64,000 nucleotides of DNA, from contig JBDRHZ010000023.1 of the NCBI GenBank assembly GCA_043816305.1, forward strand, positions 7,720 through 71,719. Direction: 5' to 3'. The notes beneath the pieces were generated by a model. The model was not told the DNA's origin, did no database searches, and worked only from the letters and a program-made list of their open reading frames with translations. A program made the position numbers and the translations under genes. Below, piece after piece: positions 62,929 to 64,000 of the stretch. The DNA comes from Patescibacteria group bacterium. Its GTDB lineage: Bacteria; Patescibacteriota; Dojkabacteria; JAHIVN01. How positions within the stretch are numbered: position 1 is the first letter of the stretch; every line of letters starts with the position of its first letter.

Positions 62929-64000
62929 GTTCTGCCAGTTTGGGAATCTTTAGGAGGTTTCCAGCAATTATAACTTTTTTCCTTTTCTTTATCATTGTAT
63001 TTTTTTCTTTTGGGACAAGATTTTATGACCTTGGCAACCCCGGCTATTACGTATTTGATGAGAATTATTTCATACCAATGGCCCAGAAATACATGCGGGG
63101 GGAATTCTTTGGCGATCCGCACCCTCCTACTGGGAAGCTACTTATTACTGCCGGTGCATATTTTTATCCGGACGATATTAAAGAGGGGGAACTGACTGAT
63201 GAATCTCCGTCTGCCCCGACAGAGAGTCTTGTAAAATATCGATATGTTCCTGCATTTTTCAGCGCAGTTCTTCCGCTTTTAGTTTTTATAGTCATACACT
63301 TATTTACTAAATCAAACCTGCTTTCTTTTCTTGGCGGTTTTCTTATCACCTTTGATAACGCGCTCCTTGTGCATGGCAGATTTGCTCTTTTCGATGAAAT
63401 TCTTTTTGCTTTTGTATTAATTTCTCTCGTTTTTACACTTCTTTTTGTAAAATATTCCAGAGGGGATATAAAAGATATTTTCAAGGGGAGGAATCTCTTC
63501 AAACGGCTAGCTCTCCTTCTTTTTTCAGGAATTTTTGCAGGATTGGCTCTATCAACAAAGTTTATAGGTCTTGCAAGTGTTGGCTTTTTGTGTCTGGCGA
63601 TTGTTTACAGAACTTTTCTCGACCGCTACACTTTAAATCTTAAATCAGCAATCTTTATCCTTGCTCAGATTGTCATCCCGTTCCTTGCGATTCTTGGTGT
63701 GTTTTACGGATCGTTTGCCATTCACTTCAAGCTTCTCAAATCTTCAGGAGTAAATCTTGAAGAGTTCAGCCAAGCATATCAGGACTGTATAACAAAAGAT
63801 AAATCCGGCTGTCAAATATCAAACGCTGCGCTGACCAATGAATCTATCAAATGGTCATTTAACTATGAAAACCGGGTACCAGCCGTAGATTTTTGCAAAG
63901 AGGGAGAAATGGGAAGCACTCCAAAGCAGTGGCCGTTTATGGGTAGAGCCATAGCATACTCATTCTCAAATCATTCAACTATTCCTCTTTCTACGGTGAG
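62907..64000 (+). CDS. PMT-family (GT39-like) protein O-mannosyltransferase / phospholipid carrier-dependent glycosyltransferase, N-terminal 364 codons (runs off the right edge)
   Basis: The frame is open from ATG 62907 to the window end: MAKSQKLSSASLGIFRRFPAIITFFLFFIIVFFSFGTRFYDLGNPGYYVFDENYFIPMAQKYMRGEFFGDPHPPTGKLLITAGAYF... The (v)FDE.yf ... HPP.gKll motif is diagnostic of PMT/ArnT-like GT-C enzymes. It overlaps the GT2 stop by 22 nt and is not in the ORF track because no stop lies in the window. Confidence 0.8.
   Translation, partial: MAKSQKLSSASLGIFRRFPAIITFFLFFIIVFFSFGTRFYDLGNPGYYVFDENYFIPMAQKYMRGEFFGDPHPPTGKLLITAGAYFYPDDIKEGELTDESPSAPTESLVKYRYVPAFFSAVLPLLVFIVIHLFTKSNLLSFLGGFLITFDNALLVHGRFALFDEILFAFVLISLVFTLLFVKYSRGDIKDIFKGRNLFKRLALLLFSGIFAGLALSTKFIGLASVGFLCLAIVYRTFLDRYTLNLKSAIFILAQIVIPFLAILGVFYGSFAIHFKLLKSSGVNLEEFSQAYQDCITKDKSGCQISNAALTNESIKWSFNYENRVPAVDFCKEGEMGSTPKQWPFMGRAIAYSFSNHSTIPLSTV

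Overview
AT-rich bacterial chromosome segment with small genes, few Shine-Dalgarno sites and short intergenic regions. The style resembles an uncultured CPR/Patescibacteria-like genome, but that placement is inference only. The standard genetic code fits all long ORFs. Core genes present: recA (partial), holA, murJ, pnp, ruvX, mltG, tRNA-Lys, tRNA-Asn, mnmA, infB, ftsK, rodZ, dnaG, comM/yifB, def, hup, and a GT2 plus PMT glycosyltransferase pair (PMT partial at the right edge). The accessory content is mainly cell-surface genes. The main candidate system is a six-gene block at 40.7-48.6 kb. Three secreted proteins (two parallel beta-helix proteins and one gingipain-like His/Cys peptidase candidate) end in the same 68-aa twin-segment dockerin-like tail. 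They are followed directly by three small cohesin-like proteins anchored by a TM helix, LPNTG or LPQTG. Other notable items: an excisionase-HTH/CYTH fusion placed divergently from an orphan 477-aa gene and a 7-blade lectin-like propeller; a 12-unit 48-aa-repeat propeller surface protein; a transglutaminase-like protein; and an ECF sigma with a PEGA-domain membrane protein and DUF2330. There is also a decayed IS481-like transposase remnant, a degenerate tRNA-like copy with a 30-nt GC-rich insertion, and a 56-aa lysine-rich H1-like ORF missing from the ORF track. Several intergenic repeat families occur: heptamer-phased tandem repeats, GC-rich palindromes, and a ~75-90-nt dispersed repeat. No CRISPR array, rRNA or reverse transcriptase was seen.
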